A DNA stretch of 64,000 nt from an uncultured Eubacteriales bacterium (GCA_902492505.1 CABULU010000001.1:71601-135600), one strand, 5' to 3'; positions 8,581 to 18,132 are shown, counted from the first letter of the stretch. Numbers and translations: made by a program. The notes: a model not told the origin generated them from the sequence alone.

Positions 8581-9360
8581 ATGAACACTAAATTAAAAGC
8601 CATAGTAGTACAGCCAAATATGGAAAACATGAGAGCCGTGTGTGAATTTTTGAAATCGCACGGTTACGAGATAAGTGCGACAACCCCGTCGGGCAGCGAA
8701 GCGGCCGCGCTTATTGTTAAATACGAGCCCCAGGTTATAATTTCAGACGCATATCTGCTGGATGTGGATGTGTGCGGTATGCTGGATATTTTGGAGCAGC
8801 GCGGATTTACCGGCAAGTCGGTTTTCGTGGTTGCGACCGGTATCAACAGCGCGTGCATCATTGAAAATGTTCTTAACCGCGGCGTTGATCTGTTCACGCT
8901 GATTCCGTTTAACAGCGATTATGCCGACAGGAAAATCCGTGATATTTACGCCAGAAAACAACAGTCAGCATTTGCAGGGCGTGCCGGCAACGCGCAGCTG
9001 GATGAGTTCGAGCTTCTGAATTACGTTTCAAGGCTGATGCACGAGGTCGGCGTGCCCGCATCAATCCGCGGCTACGACTATATACGCGAGTCCATAATGA
9101 TGGCGCTGGACGACCGGAATATTCTGAAATCCATAACAAAGGAGCTGTATCCCTCCATTGCAAAAAGCAACGATACGACATCCTCGCGTGTGGAGCGCGC
9201 AATCAGACACGCGGTTGAGGTTGCGTGGCAGCGCGGTGACGTTGAGGTTTTGAACAATATTTTCGGGTATACGGTTAAAAGCACAAAGGGCAAACCGACT
9301 AACGGCGAGTTTATTTCCATGCTGACAGAACGTGTTCGTCTTGATTTGAAAATTTCCTGA
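8581..9360 (+). CDS. spo0A: Spo0A-family sporulation transcription factor with degenerate (pseudo-)receiver domain
   Basis: The C-terminal domain carries Spo0A signatures: HEVGVPASIRGYDYIRESI, SRVERAIRHAVEVAW, KGKPTNGEFI. The N-terminal REC-like domain keeps Asp56 and Thr86, but has QP where the DD pocket should be and Ile108 where the conserved Lys should be. Confidence 0.8.
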   Translation: MNTKLKAIVVQPNMENMRAVCEFLKSHGYEISATTPSGSEAAALIVKYEPQVIISDAYLLDVDVCGMLDILEQRGFTGKSVFVVATGINSACIIENVLNRGVDLFTLIPFNSDYADRKIRDIYARKQQSAFAGRAGNAQLDEFELLNYVSRLMHEVGVPASIRGYDYIRESIMMALDDRNILKSITKELYPSIAKSNDTTSSRVERAIRHAVEVAWQRGDVEVLNNIFGYTVKSTKGKPTNGEFISMLTERVRLDLKIS

Positions 9361-9401
9361 TATCGTTAGAAAACGCCGCCTTTGAGGCGTCAGGGGTCAA
9401 A

Positions 9402-9439
9402 ATATAAACAGGGACGGTTTAAACCGTCCCTGTTTATAT
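9402..9439. terminator. bidirectional intrinsic terminator
   Basis: Perfect palindrome atataaacagggacggttt/aaaccgtccctgtttatat between convergent genes. Confidence 0.8.
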
Positions 9440-9452
9440 TTTGTAAATCCTT

Positions 9453-10601
9453 TTACAGGCTGCCGAAAAAGCTTTCGATTTCACGTCTTTTTGCGCTGAT
9501 GCTGCCCTGTATCATTTTATCGCTTCCGCCGCACCTTGCATTCAGCTTTTTCCGCAGTATTTTTGCCGTATCTCTCATATCACAGCCGTCGGCGCCTGCC
9601 GCCGCAAAGCTGTAGCCTTCCTCGTCGCTGCCGGAAAGCACGGCGCACATTTTACCGTATTTTCCGTCAAGGGCGTTTACGGTCAGGCGCAGTGCGCCTG
9701 TATCCGCCTTGTCCTCGAACAGAATTATATTGCCGTCCGTTTTTTCGACGGCGGCGCATTTGAGAAGTATAAGCTGCTGTCTCAGCCCGCTCACGGTCTG
9801 CTTGAGCAGTTGTGCGTCCGTGGTGAATTTTTTAAAGAACTCCGCCGCGTTTGTCGGCTTGCAGGACAGATCTCTTGCGATAAGCTCAAGGTTTTCCTGC
9901 TTTAAAGAATAGTCGCGCAGTGCGCGCATGCCGCATACCATGTGTATGCGTATTCCGCCCTTGTACGCCATACTGTCGGTGAACTTGATAAGTCCGATTT
10001 CGCCCGTTTTTGCCACATGCGGCGCACAGCACGCGCAGCGGTCGATTCCCTCTATTTCCACGATGCGGATATCACCGTCTATTTCCTTTTTGGAGCGGTA
10101 GTCAAGCTTTGCAAGCTCGCCGTACGACGGGTAATATCCGCGTACCGAAAGATTTTGCGTAACGGTTCTGTTGGCAAGCACTTCAATTTCCGACAACTGT
10201 TTTTTTGTCAGCGGACCGTCAAAGTCAAAGGTGGTTTCGTCATCACCTAAATGAAAGCCGACATTTTCGTAGCCGTACAGCCTGTGTACGATTCCGCACA
10301 CGATATGCTCGCCCGTGTGCTGCTGCATTCTGTCAAAGCGCGTATCACCGTCAAGCGTACATCGTACATGACCCGATACCTCGGCGTCGGTCAAATGCAC
10401 AATCTTATTGCCAAGCAGAGACACATGATTCACGCGGGCGCCGCCTATCATGCCGCTGTCGCAGTCCTGCCCGCCCTCCTCCGGGAAAAACGCGGTTCTG
10501 TCCAGTATGGTTTCAAACCCGCGCTTTGTCTCGGTACAACTCAGCACCTGAGCATCAAACTCAAATAGATATGCGTTTTTATCATAAAGCTTTTCCGTCA
10601 T
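9453..10601 (-). CDS. AlaX-L-type alanyl-tRNA editing protein (tRNA_SAD + DHHA1)
   Basis: Zn-binding motifs HTGEHIVCGIVH and CCAPHV. 382 aa with a DHHA1-like C-terminus. Confidence 0.75.
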   Translation of the reverse strand: MTEKLYDKNAYLFEFDAQVLSCTETKRGFETILDRTAFFPEEGGQDCDSGMIGGARVNHVSLLGNKIVHLTDAEVSGHVRCTLDGDTRFDRMQQHTGEHIVCGIVHRLYGYENVGFHLGDDETTFDFDGPLTKKQLSEIEVLANRTVTQNLSVRGYYPSYGELAKLDYRSKKEIDGDIRIVEIEGIDRCACCAPHVAKTGEIGLIKFTDSMAYKGGIRIHMVCGMRALRDYSLKQENLELIARDLSCKPTNAAEFFKKFTTDAQLLKQTVSGLRQQLILLKCAAVEKTDGNIILFEDKADTGALRLTVNALDGKYGKMCAVLSGSDEEGYSFAAAGADGCDMRDTAKILRKKLNARCGGSDKMIQGSISAKRREIESFFGSL

Positions 10602-11524
10602 TTTGTAATCTTGTCTCTGAAATGCTCGCCTATTGCGTGAATTGTGTTTAGAAACGGCATGATAAGCGGTTCTTCGATATTTTTCAGGCTTACCTGCATG
10701 AACGTCTCGAAGTTGAGATCGCCGTCATAGCCTATAGAGCGAAGCCCGTCGCAGAATTCGTTCCAGTCGGTATTTCCCGTGTATGGCATGAGATGAGCGT
10801 CTTTGTCCATTGAATTATCGTGAATGTGCAGAGCTTTTATGCGGCTGCCGAGTATGTCTATATATGGGCGCTGGCGCATTTTCAGCAGATTGAGATGCCC
10901 CGTATCAAGACAGAGCCCGAAGCACTCTTCTCCCGCAAGCGCATTTAAGCTGTCGATGTATTTTACAGCCTCGTGCGGGTCGGAGCAGGTGCCGGCATAT
11001 ACATATCTGCCGCCAAAGGATGTAAACAGGTTTTCCAGCAAAACCATGACCTTGGTCTCTTTTATGGTTGGAATGAGCGCGCTGTACATATGCATGTTAA
11101 GCTCAAAAAACTGCTTCTCTGTCATGGAATTGTCGCCGGCGGGACGGCTGATACCGTGAATGACAAGCCGTGGGCATCCGGCGTACTGACAGAGCTTTAG
11201 GGTGTTTTTGTAAATTTCCGTACAGAAATCGGCAAATTCAGGCCTGCCTTTTGAATAGGCAGGAAACGCAGCATGTGCCTGGGTCGGGCGCAGACCGAAT
11301 TTTTTCATGGCGTTGAGCTGAGGCTCAAACTCAGCTATGATTTTTTCCGGCGATTCATTAAAAACAGTCTTTTCGGGAAATATGCCCGCTTTGATTTGTG
11401 TGCGGTCCCATATCTGGTCAAGGCACCAGTCTATCGCGGTAAAGCCGGCTTTTGATATCATTTCAAAGCCGCGCTCCAAACCAACGTCGTTTGTCAGGTT
11501 TGCATTTTGTATTGATAGTTCCAT
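10598..11524 (-). CDS. sugar phosphate isomerase/epimerase (xylose-isomerase-like TIM barrel)
   Basis: 308 aa with AP_endonuc_2-like motifs (LVIHG, LLENL, GLCLDTGH). Its stop overlaps the start of the downstream gene (ATGA). Confidence 0.65.
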   Translation of the reverse strand: MELSIQNANLTNDVGLERGFEMISKAGFTAIDWCLDQIWDRTQIKAGIFPEKTVFNESPEKIIAEFEPQLNAMKKFGLRPTQAHAAFPAYSKGRPEFADFCTEIYKNTLKLCQYAGCPRLVIHGISRPAGDNSMTEKQFFELNMHMYSALIPTIKETKVMVLLENLFTSFGGRYVYAGTCSDPHEAVKYIDSLNALAGEECFGLCLDTGHLNLLKMRQRPYIDILGSRIKALHIHDNSMDKDAHLMPYTGNTDWNEFCDGLRSIGYDGDLNFETFMQVSLKNIEEPLIMPFLNTIHAIGEHFRDKITK

Positions 11525-11588
11525 GTTATATCTCCTTTTCCTGTTAATTATAAATCAACTGAAGAAACTTATCAAGCAAAAATTTATA

Positions 11589-11617
11589 TTGACAAATTGT
11601 GTAAATGGGTTTAATAT
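11589..11617 (+). promoter_or_regulatory. sigma-A promoter of the lysine riboswitch/nhaC-family unit
   Basis: TTGACA (11589-11594), 17-nt spacer, TAATAT (11612-11617). Confidence 0.7.
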
Positions 11618-11627
11618 GTATGCAACT

Positions 11628-11836
11628 GATAGAGGTGCGAAAATTAAGAGTACGCCGGGATTTTATGGGCAAGACATACGGCGGAAAAAAATAATGCCGA
11701 AGCCGCGGGTTTAACCTTTTCCGAAAATGTGCGGTTGGCGTAGGTCAGATATGTCCTGTGCTGTCAAGCATGTGGAGAGCTATCGCGTCTGTGGTATCAA
11801 GTCCGCGTCAGCTTTCTTCTGACTGCGGTTTTTTTG
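11628..11836 (+). promoter_or_regulatory. lysine riboswitch (L-box) with terminator expression platform
   Basis: L-box core strings appear in order: GATAGAGGTGCGAA, AGAGTA, GCCGAAG, CTGTCAAG, TGGAGAGCTATC. P1 is GATAG/CTATC. A hairpin ccgcgtcag...ctgac(t)gcgg plus T7 follows at 11803-11836. Confidence 0.85.
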
Positions 11837-11869
11837 TGCTCTGTCAAAAACAAAATAGGAGAAGGGGAA

Positions 11870-13612
11870 ATGAAAAACAAAAAGATATTTTTGTTTGTTG
11901 CCGTCATACTTTGCGTGACGATGCTGTTTTCCACCGCTTTTGCAGACGGGGAAGCAACCTCCGGCTCGACTGACTCTTCGGTATCGTCGGCAAACGACGG
12001 TGAAGCCGCACCGTCAGATGGGACAGATGCCGATCTGGTCGAGTCTGATACGGGTGAGACCGAAGAGGAGTATGAAAGTCCGTTTTATTCAACAATCTGG
12101 GCACTGCTTCCTCCGCTTATCGCGATAGCACTTGCGCTTATTACAAAAGAGGTATATTCCTCACTTTTTATCGGTATCCTTGTGGGCGGTCTTTTGTGGT
12201 CGGGCTTTGAATTTGAGGGTACCATGACCCATGTTCTGTCCGACGGTTTTGTCGGCTCGCTGTCCGATGAATATAATGTGGGTATTCTGCTGTTTCTTGT
12301 AATTTTGGGAGCGCTTGTTGTTATGATGAACAAGGCAGGAGGCTCTGCCGCGTTCGGCCGATGGGCGGCGGCGCATATAAAATCAAGAATCGGCGCACAG
12401 ATTGCAACTATCATTCTCGGTATTTTTATATTTATCGACGATTACTTTAACTGTCTGACTGTCGGGTCGGTTATGCGCCCTGTTACGGACAAGCAGAACG
12501 TGTCGCGCGCAAAGCTGGCGTATCTTATAGATTCGACTGCGGCACCAGTATGTATCATCGCTCCCGTATCGTCATGGGCGGCGGCAGTCGCCGCGTTTGC
12601 GGACGGATCGGGCATGAACGGCTTTGAGCTGTTTGTCCGCGCTATTCCCTATAACCTTTACGCGCTTTTGACAATAGGCATGATGTTCGCCATCACTGTA
12701 ATGAAGCTGGATTTCGGACCTATGAAGCGTCATGAGGAAAACGCTAAAAACGGCGATATATTCTCCAATGAACGTCTCAGTGAAATTGCCGATAATATGG
12801 AGGGCAACCCGCGCGGCAAAGTGTACGACCTCATTCTTCCCATCGCCGTGCTTATTGTTGCATGCGTATTCGGCATGATTTATTCGGGTGACTTTTTTAC
12901 AGCCGGAAAAGATGGCTATCATAACTTTGTAACTGCGTTTTCCAACAGTGATGCGTCGGTAGGTTTGGTTTACGGTTCGTTCGGCGCGTTGATATTTACA
13001 ATAATCTATCTTATGTGCAGGCGTGTGCTTTCGTTTAAAGAGTGTATGGAAGCCGTTCCCGAGGGCTTTAAGTCAATGGTTCCCGCCATCATGATTTTGA
13101 CCTGTGCATGGACGCTTAAGGCAATGACGGACAGCCTGGGCGCCGCTCCGTTCATTCACGATGTGGTTGAGAGCTCCGCCGAAGCGCTTCAGAGCTTTTT
13201 GCCCGCTATCATCTTTTTGATTGCGGTAGGTCTTTCCTTTGCTACAGGTACGTCGTGGGGTACTTTCGGCATCCTTATCCCGATAGTTATAAACGTTTTT
13301 GGCTTCGACAGCGGTGAGATTACCATTATCGCCATTTCCGCCTGTATGGCGGGCGCCGTCTGCGGCGACCACTGTTCGCCCATTTCCGACACTACAATTA
13401 TGGCATCGGCGGGCGCGCAGTGCAACCATTTGGTGCATGTGTCAACACAGCTACCCTATGCGCTTTTTGTTGCGGGGATTTCGTTTGTCGGCTATATTGT
13501 CGCCGGCTTTGTGAGAAATGTATACATATCCCTTATTGTATCCTTTGCGCTGTTGGTGCTGGCGCTTTTGGCTATACATGTTGTTACAAATCGCAAAAGA
13601 ACCGTAAATTGA
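11870..13612 (+). CDS. NhaC-family Na+/H+ antiporter-type transporter with acidic N-terminal extension
   Basis: Start moved to the ATG at 11870 (SD aggagaagggg), because the track's TTG start lies inside the riboswitch terminator. Multi-TM NhaC-like core follows a signal-like helix and a D/E/S/T-rich ~50-aa segment. Confidence 0.8.
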   Translation: MKNKKIFLFVAVILCVTMLFSTAFADGEATSGSTDSSVSSANDGEAAPSDGTDADLVESDTGETEEEYESPFYSTIWALLPPLIAIALALITKEVYSSLFIGILVGGLLWSGFEFEGTMTHVLSDGFVGSLSDEYNVGILLFLVILGALVVMMNKAGGSAAFGRWAAAHIKSRIGAQIATIILGIFIFIDDYFNCLTVGSVMRPVTDKQNVSRAKLAYLIDSTAAPVCIIAPVSSWAAAVAAFADGSGMNGFELFVRAIPYNLYALLTIGMMFAITVMKLDFGPMKRHEENAKNGDIFSNERLSEIADNMEGNPRGKVYDLILPIAVLIVACVFGMIYSGDFFTAGKDGYHNFVTAFSNSDASVGLVYGSFGALIFTIIYLMCRRVLSFKECMEAVPEGFKSMVPAIMILTCAWTLKAMTDSLGAAPFIHDVVESSAEALQSFLPAIIFLIAVGLSFATGTSWGTFGILIPIVINVFGFDSGEITIIAISACMAGAVCGDHCSPISDTTIMASAGAQCNHLVHVSTQLPYALFVAGISFVGYIVAGFVRNVYISLIVSFALLVLALLAIHVVTNRKRTVN

Positions 13613-13622
13613 AAATAAACGA

Positions 13623-13655
13623 AACAGGGCGGTACTTGACCGCTCTGTTTTTTTG
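13623..13655 (+). terminator. intrinsic terminator
   Basis: aacagggcgg-tacttga-ccgctctgtt followed by T7. Confidence 0.75.
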
Positions 13656-13702
13656 TGTTAAAGTACTTAATTGTAAAAAAAATTTTTCGGAGGACAGATT
13701 TT

Positions 13703-14425
13703 ATGTCGGGACATTCCAAATGGCATAATATACAGGCAAAAAAGGGCAAGACGGATGCGCAGCGTGCAAAGATTTTTACAAAAATGGCGCGTGAAATTAT
13801 GGTTGTGGTAAAAGAAGGCGGTGCAAACCCCGCCTCCAACTCCCGCCTTGCCGACGTTATTGCGAAGGCGAAGGCGGCAAACGTACCCAACGACAATATT
13901 GAACGCGCAATCAAAAAGGCTGACGGAAGCGGCGACGGCAAAAACTATGAGCATAATATTTATGAGGGTTACGGTCCCGGCGGCGTTGCTGTCGTTGTCG
14001 AGTGTCTGACAGACAATAAAAACCGCACCGCCGGAGATCTGCGTCATTATTTTGATAAATTCGGCGGCAATCTGGGCACGTCGGGCAGCGTTTTGTGGCA
14101 GTTCAAGCAGTGCGGCGTTATCGTTATTGCTAAAAGCGGAGTTGACGAGGACACCCTGATGATGGCTGCGCTGGACGCGGGCGCGGACGATTTCAATGCG
14201 GAGGATGAGATGTACGAAATCATCACATCGCCAGAAAACTTTTCGGCAGTGCGCTCGGCGCTTGAAGCGGCGGGATATGTATTTGAAACGGCGGAGATCA
14301 CCCGCGTGGCGGAAAATTACGTTTCGCTGACGGATGAAAACGATATAAAGTTTATGAACCTTTTGCTTGACGCATTAGAAGATAATGACGACGTGCAGAA
14401 TGTCGCGCATAATTGGGACGAATAA
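13703..14425 (+). CDS. yebC: YebC/PmpR-family DNA-binding transcriptional regulator
   Basis: [27 protein letters not shown]... is the canonical N-terminus. SD ggagga. Confidence 0.9.
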   Translation: MSGHSKWHNIQAKKGKTDAQRAKIFTKMAREIMVVVKEGGANPASNSRLADVIAKAKAANVPNDNIERAIKKADGSGDGKNYEHNIYEGYGPGGVAVVVECLTDNKNRTAGDLRHYFDKFGGNLGTSGSVLWQFKQCGVIVIAKSGVDEDTLMMAALDAGADDFNAEDEMYEIITSPENFSAVRSALEAAGYVFETAEITRVAENYVSLTDENDIKFMNLLLDALEDNDDVQNVAHNWDE

Positions 14426-14988
14426 TGAACGTCTACGATTTTGACGAGACGATATATGACGGCGACAGCACGGTGGATTTTTATAAATACTGCCTGCGCC
14501 GCCGTCCGTACATCATTTTTCGCTTTCCCTTATGGACTGCGCTTCGCTTTGTCCTTGACAGCGGCAAAAAATTAGTGTTCAAGGAACGGTTTTACAGATT
14601 TCTTTACGCATTTGACGATATTGACAGTGAGGTTTCGCGGTTCTGGGACGGGCATGAAAAGAAAATAAAGCGGTGGTATCTTGAAAACCGCCGCCCGGAC
14701 GACGTTGTAATTTCCGCGTCTCCCGAATTTTTGCTAAATCCCGTTTGTAAAAGGCTTGGGATATCTGTGTTGATGGCGTCGGTAGTTGATAAAAAAACGG
14801 GGCTTTATACCGGCGATAACTGCTGGGGGAAGGAAAAGGTGCGCCGTTTTTATGAGCGGTTTAAGGACGGCAAAATCGACGACTTTTATTCCGACTCCTA
14901 TTCGGACTCACCGCTTGCAAGGATATCTGAGAGAGCTTTTATTGTAAAAGGCGAGAAAATCATTCCATGGGATAAAACCAAATTATAA
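14425..14988 (+). CDS. HAD-superfamily hydrolase (subfamily IB-like)
   Basis: Motif I VYDFDETIYDGDS at the N-terminus. The ATG overlaps the yebC stop (TAATG). Confidence 0.7.
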   Translation: MNVYDFDETIYDGDSTVDFYKYCLRRRPYIIFRFPLWTALRFVLDSGKKLVFKERFYRFLYAFDDIDSEVSRFWDGHEKKIKRWYLENRRPDDVVISASPEFLLNPVCKRLGISVLMASVVDKKTGLYTGDNCWGKEKVRRFYERFKDGKIDDFYSDSYSDSPLARISERAFIVKGEKIIPWDKTKL

Positions 14989-14996
14989 AAAACCGA

Positions 14997-15018
14997 CCCC
15001 CGCAATGCGGGGGCTTTT
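14997..15018 (+). terminator. intrinsic terminator
   Basis: cccccgc-aat-gcggggg followed by cttttag. Confidence 0.65.
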
Positions 15019-15034
15019 AGTATCACAAATAAGT

Positions 15035-15748
15035 ATGAAATCAAAAACAGGCTTTAAAAAGGGAATATATGACGGACTTCCGATTTGCTTTGGCTATTTT
15101 TCCGTTTCCTTTGCGTTTGGGGTGTTTGCCGTGGCGCAGGGACTCAGTGTTTTGGAGGCGGCGCTTATTTCGCTTACAAATCTTACGTCGGCGGGGCAGC
15201 TTGCCGGTGTGCCGATTATATGCAGCGGCGGGGGGCTTTATGAGCTTGCACTGTCGCAGCTTGTCATTAATTCGCGATATGTTTTTATGTCTGCGTCGTT
15301 GTCGCAGCGGTTGGATGAAAGCGTCACCCTGCCGCAGAGATTTATTATTGCTTTCGGAAATACCGATGAAATCTTTGCAGTTGCTATGTCAAACGGAACA
15401 AGTCTTAAAAGCGGTTATATGTATGGTCTTATTCTGACCCCCGTTATGGGCTGGACGCTTGGAACCCTGACGGGCGCTGTTGCCGGTAACATTCTGCCTC
15501 AGATTTTAGTGTCGGCGTTGGGCGTTGCAATTTACGGTATGCTGACGGCAGTTGTGGTTCCTCAGATTAAAAAGAGCCGCGGCGCGGCTCTTTGTGCGGC
15601 CTTTGCCGTTACACTCGGTTGCTGTTTTGAGTATATCCCTGCACTAAAGCGGGTGCCGGGCGGCTTTTCCGTAATTATAAGCGCCGTTATCGCCGCTGCT
15701 TTGCTTGCAGTTTTAATGCCTGTTTCCCCGGAGGACGCCGATGCTTAA
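15035..15748 (+). CDS. azlC: AzlC-family branched-chain amino acid permease subunit
   Basis: AzlC-like N-terminus GIYDGLPICFGYFSVSFAFG. The track's start at 15005 lies inside the preceding terminator hairpin. Confidence 0.8.
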   Translation: MKSKTGFKKGIYDGLPICFGYFSVSFAFGVFAVAQGLSVLEAALISLTNLTSAGQLAGVPIICSGGGLYELALSQLVINSRYVFMSASLSQRLDESVTLPQRFIIAFGNTDEIFAVAMSNGTSLKSGYMYGLILTPVMGWTLGTLTGAVAGNILPQILVSALGVAIYGMLTAVVVPQIKKSRGAALCAAFAVTLGCCFEYIPALKRVPGGFSVIISAVIAAALLAVLMPVSPEDADA

Positions 15749-16055
15749 ATCTGATTTCTTACCGTATCTTTTGGTCATGGCAGGCGTGACATATCTTTTG
15801 CGCATGGTGCCGCTTGTTTTTCTTCGCAGTAGGATAAAAAACTCCTTTGTAATTTCCTTTCTGCACTATATTCCTGTCGCCGTGCTCAGCGTCATGATTG
15901 TACCCGCCGTCTTTTACGCGTCGGAGAGCCTTGTATCGGCAGTTATCGGCTTTGCAGTCGCAGTCGTTTTTTCTTATTTGGAAAAAAGCCTTGTTCAGGT
16001 TGCCTGTCTGTCCTGCGCCGCAGTATTTTTGACTGAGCTTTTGTTAAAATTATAG
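15741..16055 (+). CDS. azlD: AzlD-family branched-chain amino acid transport protein
   Basis: 104-aa protein with four TM helices that overlaps the azlC stop. This is the typical azlCD arrangement. Confidence 0.8.
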   Translation: MLKSDFLPYLLVMAGVTYLLRMVPLVFLRSRIKNSFVISFLHYIPVAVLSVMIVPAVFYASESLVSAVIGFAVAVVFSYLEKSLVQVACLSCAAVFLTELLLKL

Positions 16056-17795
16056 TCTGTATTTTTCATTAAACTGCGCGTAAATACTTTTAAACTGGGC
16101 ATTTTCATGCTTTACGTCATGCAGATATCTGTGTGTCTCAAAGCTGCCGTGCGATAACTCTATTACTGCCGCAGAGATGTTTGAACAGTGATCGGATATT
16201 CGTTCAAGGTCGCCCAGCAGATTTGCAAAGGTCAGCCCCTGCTCTACGGTGCATGCGCCGCTTTGCAGACGTTTTACATGGTTCTTGTGCATTTTTGCCG
16301 TAAGCTTGTCAATGACCTGCTCGAGCGGCTCGGTATTTACGGCAAGCAGCGGGTCGTTATTTAAAAAAGCGGCCGATGTTATCTCGGTTATCTCTTTTAC
16401 CGCCGCGCTCAGCACGGATAGCTCTTTCATCGCCTCCTTTGAATATCCTTTTGTTTTTTCCAAAAGCTCGCCGGTATCAAGGCTTATATGCAGCGCGTGG
16501 TCGCACATGCGCTCAAGGTCGCTCACCGTGTACAGCATTCGCGAAACACTTGCGCTGTCATAATCTGACAGTGATTTTTCCGCAATGCGTACAAGGCTTG
16601 TCAGCAGCATATCCTCGTACATGTCGGAACGTTTTTCATTATCCGATACCATATCGGATACCTTTTTGTCATACTTTGATATCTGCTCCAGGGATAAAAG
16701 TACCGTATCTCGCGAAAGCTGCGCCATCTCTCTCGTTTTCGACATACACTCACTTACGGCAATGGACGGAGACATAAACAGCCGTTCGTCCAGCGCAGGT
16801 ATTCCGTCCTTTTTAGGTGCGCCGTCCTTTACAATCCTGCATATGAGCTTTTCGAGCTTTTTGGAAAACGGCAGAATGAGCAGCGTAGATAAAATATTAA
16901 ACGCTGTATGCGCCGCTGCAATTCCGACAGGATTTATTGCCTCTGAGAAAAATGAACCCCTGGCGGTTAACCGGAGTATTTCAAACAGCGTGAAAAACAC
17001 CGCTGTTCCTATTACGTTTACGGATGTGTGTGCAGCTGCTACGCGCTTTGCGTTTTTGCTGCCGCCAAGACAGGATATCAGCGCTGTGATGCAGGTGCCT
17101 ATGTTTTGCCCCATGATTATCGGCAAAGCGGTAGACCATGTTACGGCGCCGGTCAGCGAAAACGCCTGCAAAATGCCTACCGATGCGGATGACGACTGAA
17201 TAAGCGCGGTAATAACGATACCTGCGATGAGGCTTAAAAACGGATTTTCAAACTTTACCATGAGCGAGGCAAATTCCGGCGTGTCTGCGAGCGGGCTTAC
17301 AGCGCTTGTCATAAACTTCATGCCATATATGAGTACCGCAAACCCGATGAGCACCCGTCCTGCGTCCCGCCGCCTGCTCTTTTTGGCGGACATTATTAAA
17401 ATCACGCCTAAAAGCGCCAAAAACGGCGTGAAATTTTCCGGCTTGAGCATAGACACCAACATGTTGCTGCTTTCAATTCCCGCAAGGCTCAAAATCCATG
17501 CGGTAAAGGTGGTGCCTATGTTTGCACCGAAAATAATGTACAGAGTTCCCGTAAATTCCATTATTCCGGAATTTACAAGCCCCACAAGCATAACGGACGT
17601 TGCCGACGACGACTGTATGACCATTGTTATGACCAAGCCAAGAATCAGGCTGAGCGCCGGCTTTTTCTGCGCGCGCTTGAGCACCCTCTCCAGTCTGCCG
17701 CCGGCGGTCTTTTCAAGGTTTTCAGACAGTGTCAGCATACCGAACAGGAAAAACGAGATGCCGCATATAAATTGTATAATGCTGTAAACGTTCAT
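16050..17795 (-). CDS. Na/Pi-cotransporter family protein with C-terminal PhoU-like domains
   Basis: Two QSSSA(T/S) Na_Pi_cotrans repeats followed by a helical PhoU-type C-terminal half. SD aggaggtg. Confidence 0.85.
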   Translation of the reverse strand: MNVYSIIQFICGISFFLFGMLTLSENLEKTAGGRLERVLKRAQKKPALSLILGLVITMVIQSSSATSVMLVGLVNSGIMEFTGTLYIIFGANIGTTFTAWILSLAGIESSNMLVSMLKPENFTPFLALLGVILIMSAKKSRRRDAGRVLIGFAVLIYGMKFMTSAVSPLADTPEFASLMVKFENPFLSLIAGIVITALIQSSSASVGILQAFSLTGAVTWSTALPIIMGQNIGTCITALISCLGGSKNAKRVAAAHTSVNVIGTAVFFTLFEILRLTARGSFFSEAINPVGIAAAHTAFNILSTLLILPFSKKLEKLICRIVKDGAPKKDGIPALDERLFMSPSIAVSECMSKTREMAQLSRDTVLLSLEQISKYDKKVSDMVSDNEKRSDMYEDMLLTSLVRIAEKSLSDYDSASVSRMLYTVSDLERMCDHALHISLDTGELLEKTKGYSKEAMKELSVLSAAVKEITEITSAAFLNNDPLLAVNTEPLEQVIDKLTAKMHKNHVKRLQSGACTVEQGLTFANLLGDLERISDHCSNISAAVIELSHGSFETHRYLHDVKHENAQFKSIYAQFNEKYRL

Positions 17796-17861
17796 TTTTC
17801 ACCTCCTAAAACAGTATGTTTTACTTCATAAGTTAGTATCGACTGTTGTTAAAAAAATATT

Positions 17862-18126
17862 TGTAAAAATTAAGAAAGCCGCACGAAAAATATCCGCGCG
17901 GCTTTTGTGTGGAAAGTTATATTAGAAAAAATATTGCTGTATTGCTCTGCCTGCAATTTTGTCCGAAGGTCTCCCCACGGGTTTGTATGCAGACTTACGA
18001 CGGCAATGCCTGCCGCCGGGAGGGCTCCCGCCGAAAAACTCGATAATCCCTCCGCCTCGTTAACCAAGCTTTAAATTTTGGTCTGGCGCTTTTGAAATTC
18101 CCTTGAAAATATCTGCCCACCTTTCT
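17862..18126 (-). ncRNA. unclassified structured 5' leader (candidate riboswitch/attenuator) of the Na/Pi-PhoU transporter
   Basis: Bounded by a consensus promoter (18133-18161) and an 11-bp-stem terminator (17876-17904 plus U-tract). The GC-rich core has four local helices at 18062-18083, 18019-18053, 18001-18015 and 17949-17994. There is no SD-led ORF, and no good promoter between the terminator and the transporter ATG. Confidence 0.5.
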
Positions 18127-18132
18127 GCTTTC

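Noticed and set aside
11834-11869. Upstream-extended starts given by the ORF track: 11834, 13655, 15005, 22125, 28885, 30372, 34593, 35587, 42706, 52625, 53909, 55065 and 59542
   Set aside because: These starts fall inside a terminator hairpin, a promoter box, the riboswitch or the preceding gene, and lack an SD. In each case a downstream ATG with a good SD precedes the conserved N-terminus.
16050-16055. Tail-to-tail overlap of azlD and the Na/Pi-transporter gene with no intervening terminator
   Set aside because: The two stop codons are simply back to back (TTA|TAG). Convergent overlaps of this size are common, and there is no further structure to interpret.
18041-18060. GAGGCGGAGGGA string resembling the SAM-I (S-box) core
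   Set aside because: The rest of the S-box is absent: no CUUAUCAAGAG P1, GCCC pseudoknot partner, GCAACC or AGAUAAG closing element. The downstream gene is also unrelated to sulfur metabolism.
17870-18067. 65-aa ORF inside the structured leader
   Set aside because: TTG start without an SD. It runs through the GC-rich helices and ends inside the terminator stem. A non-coding interpretation fits better.
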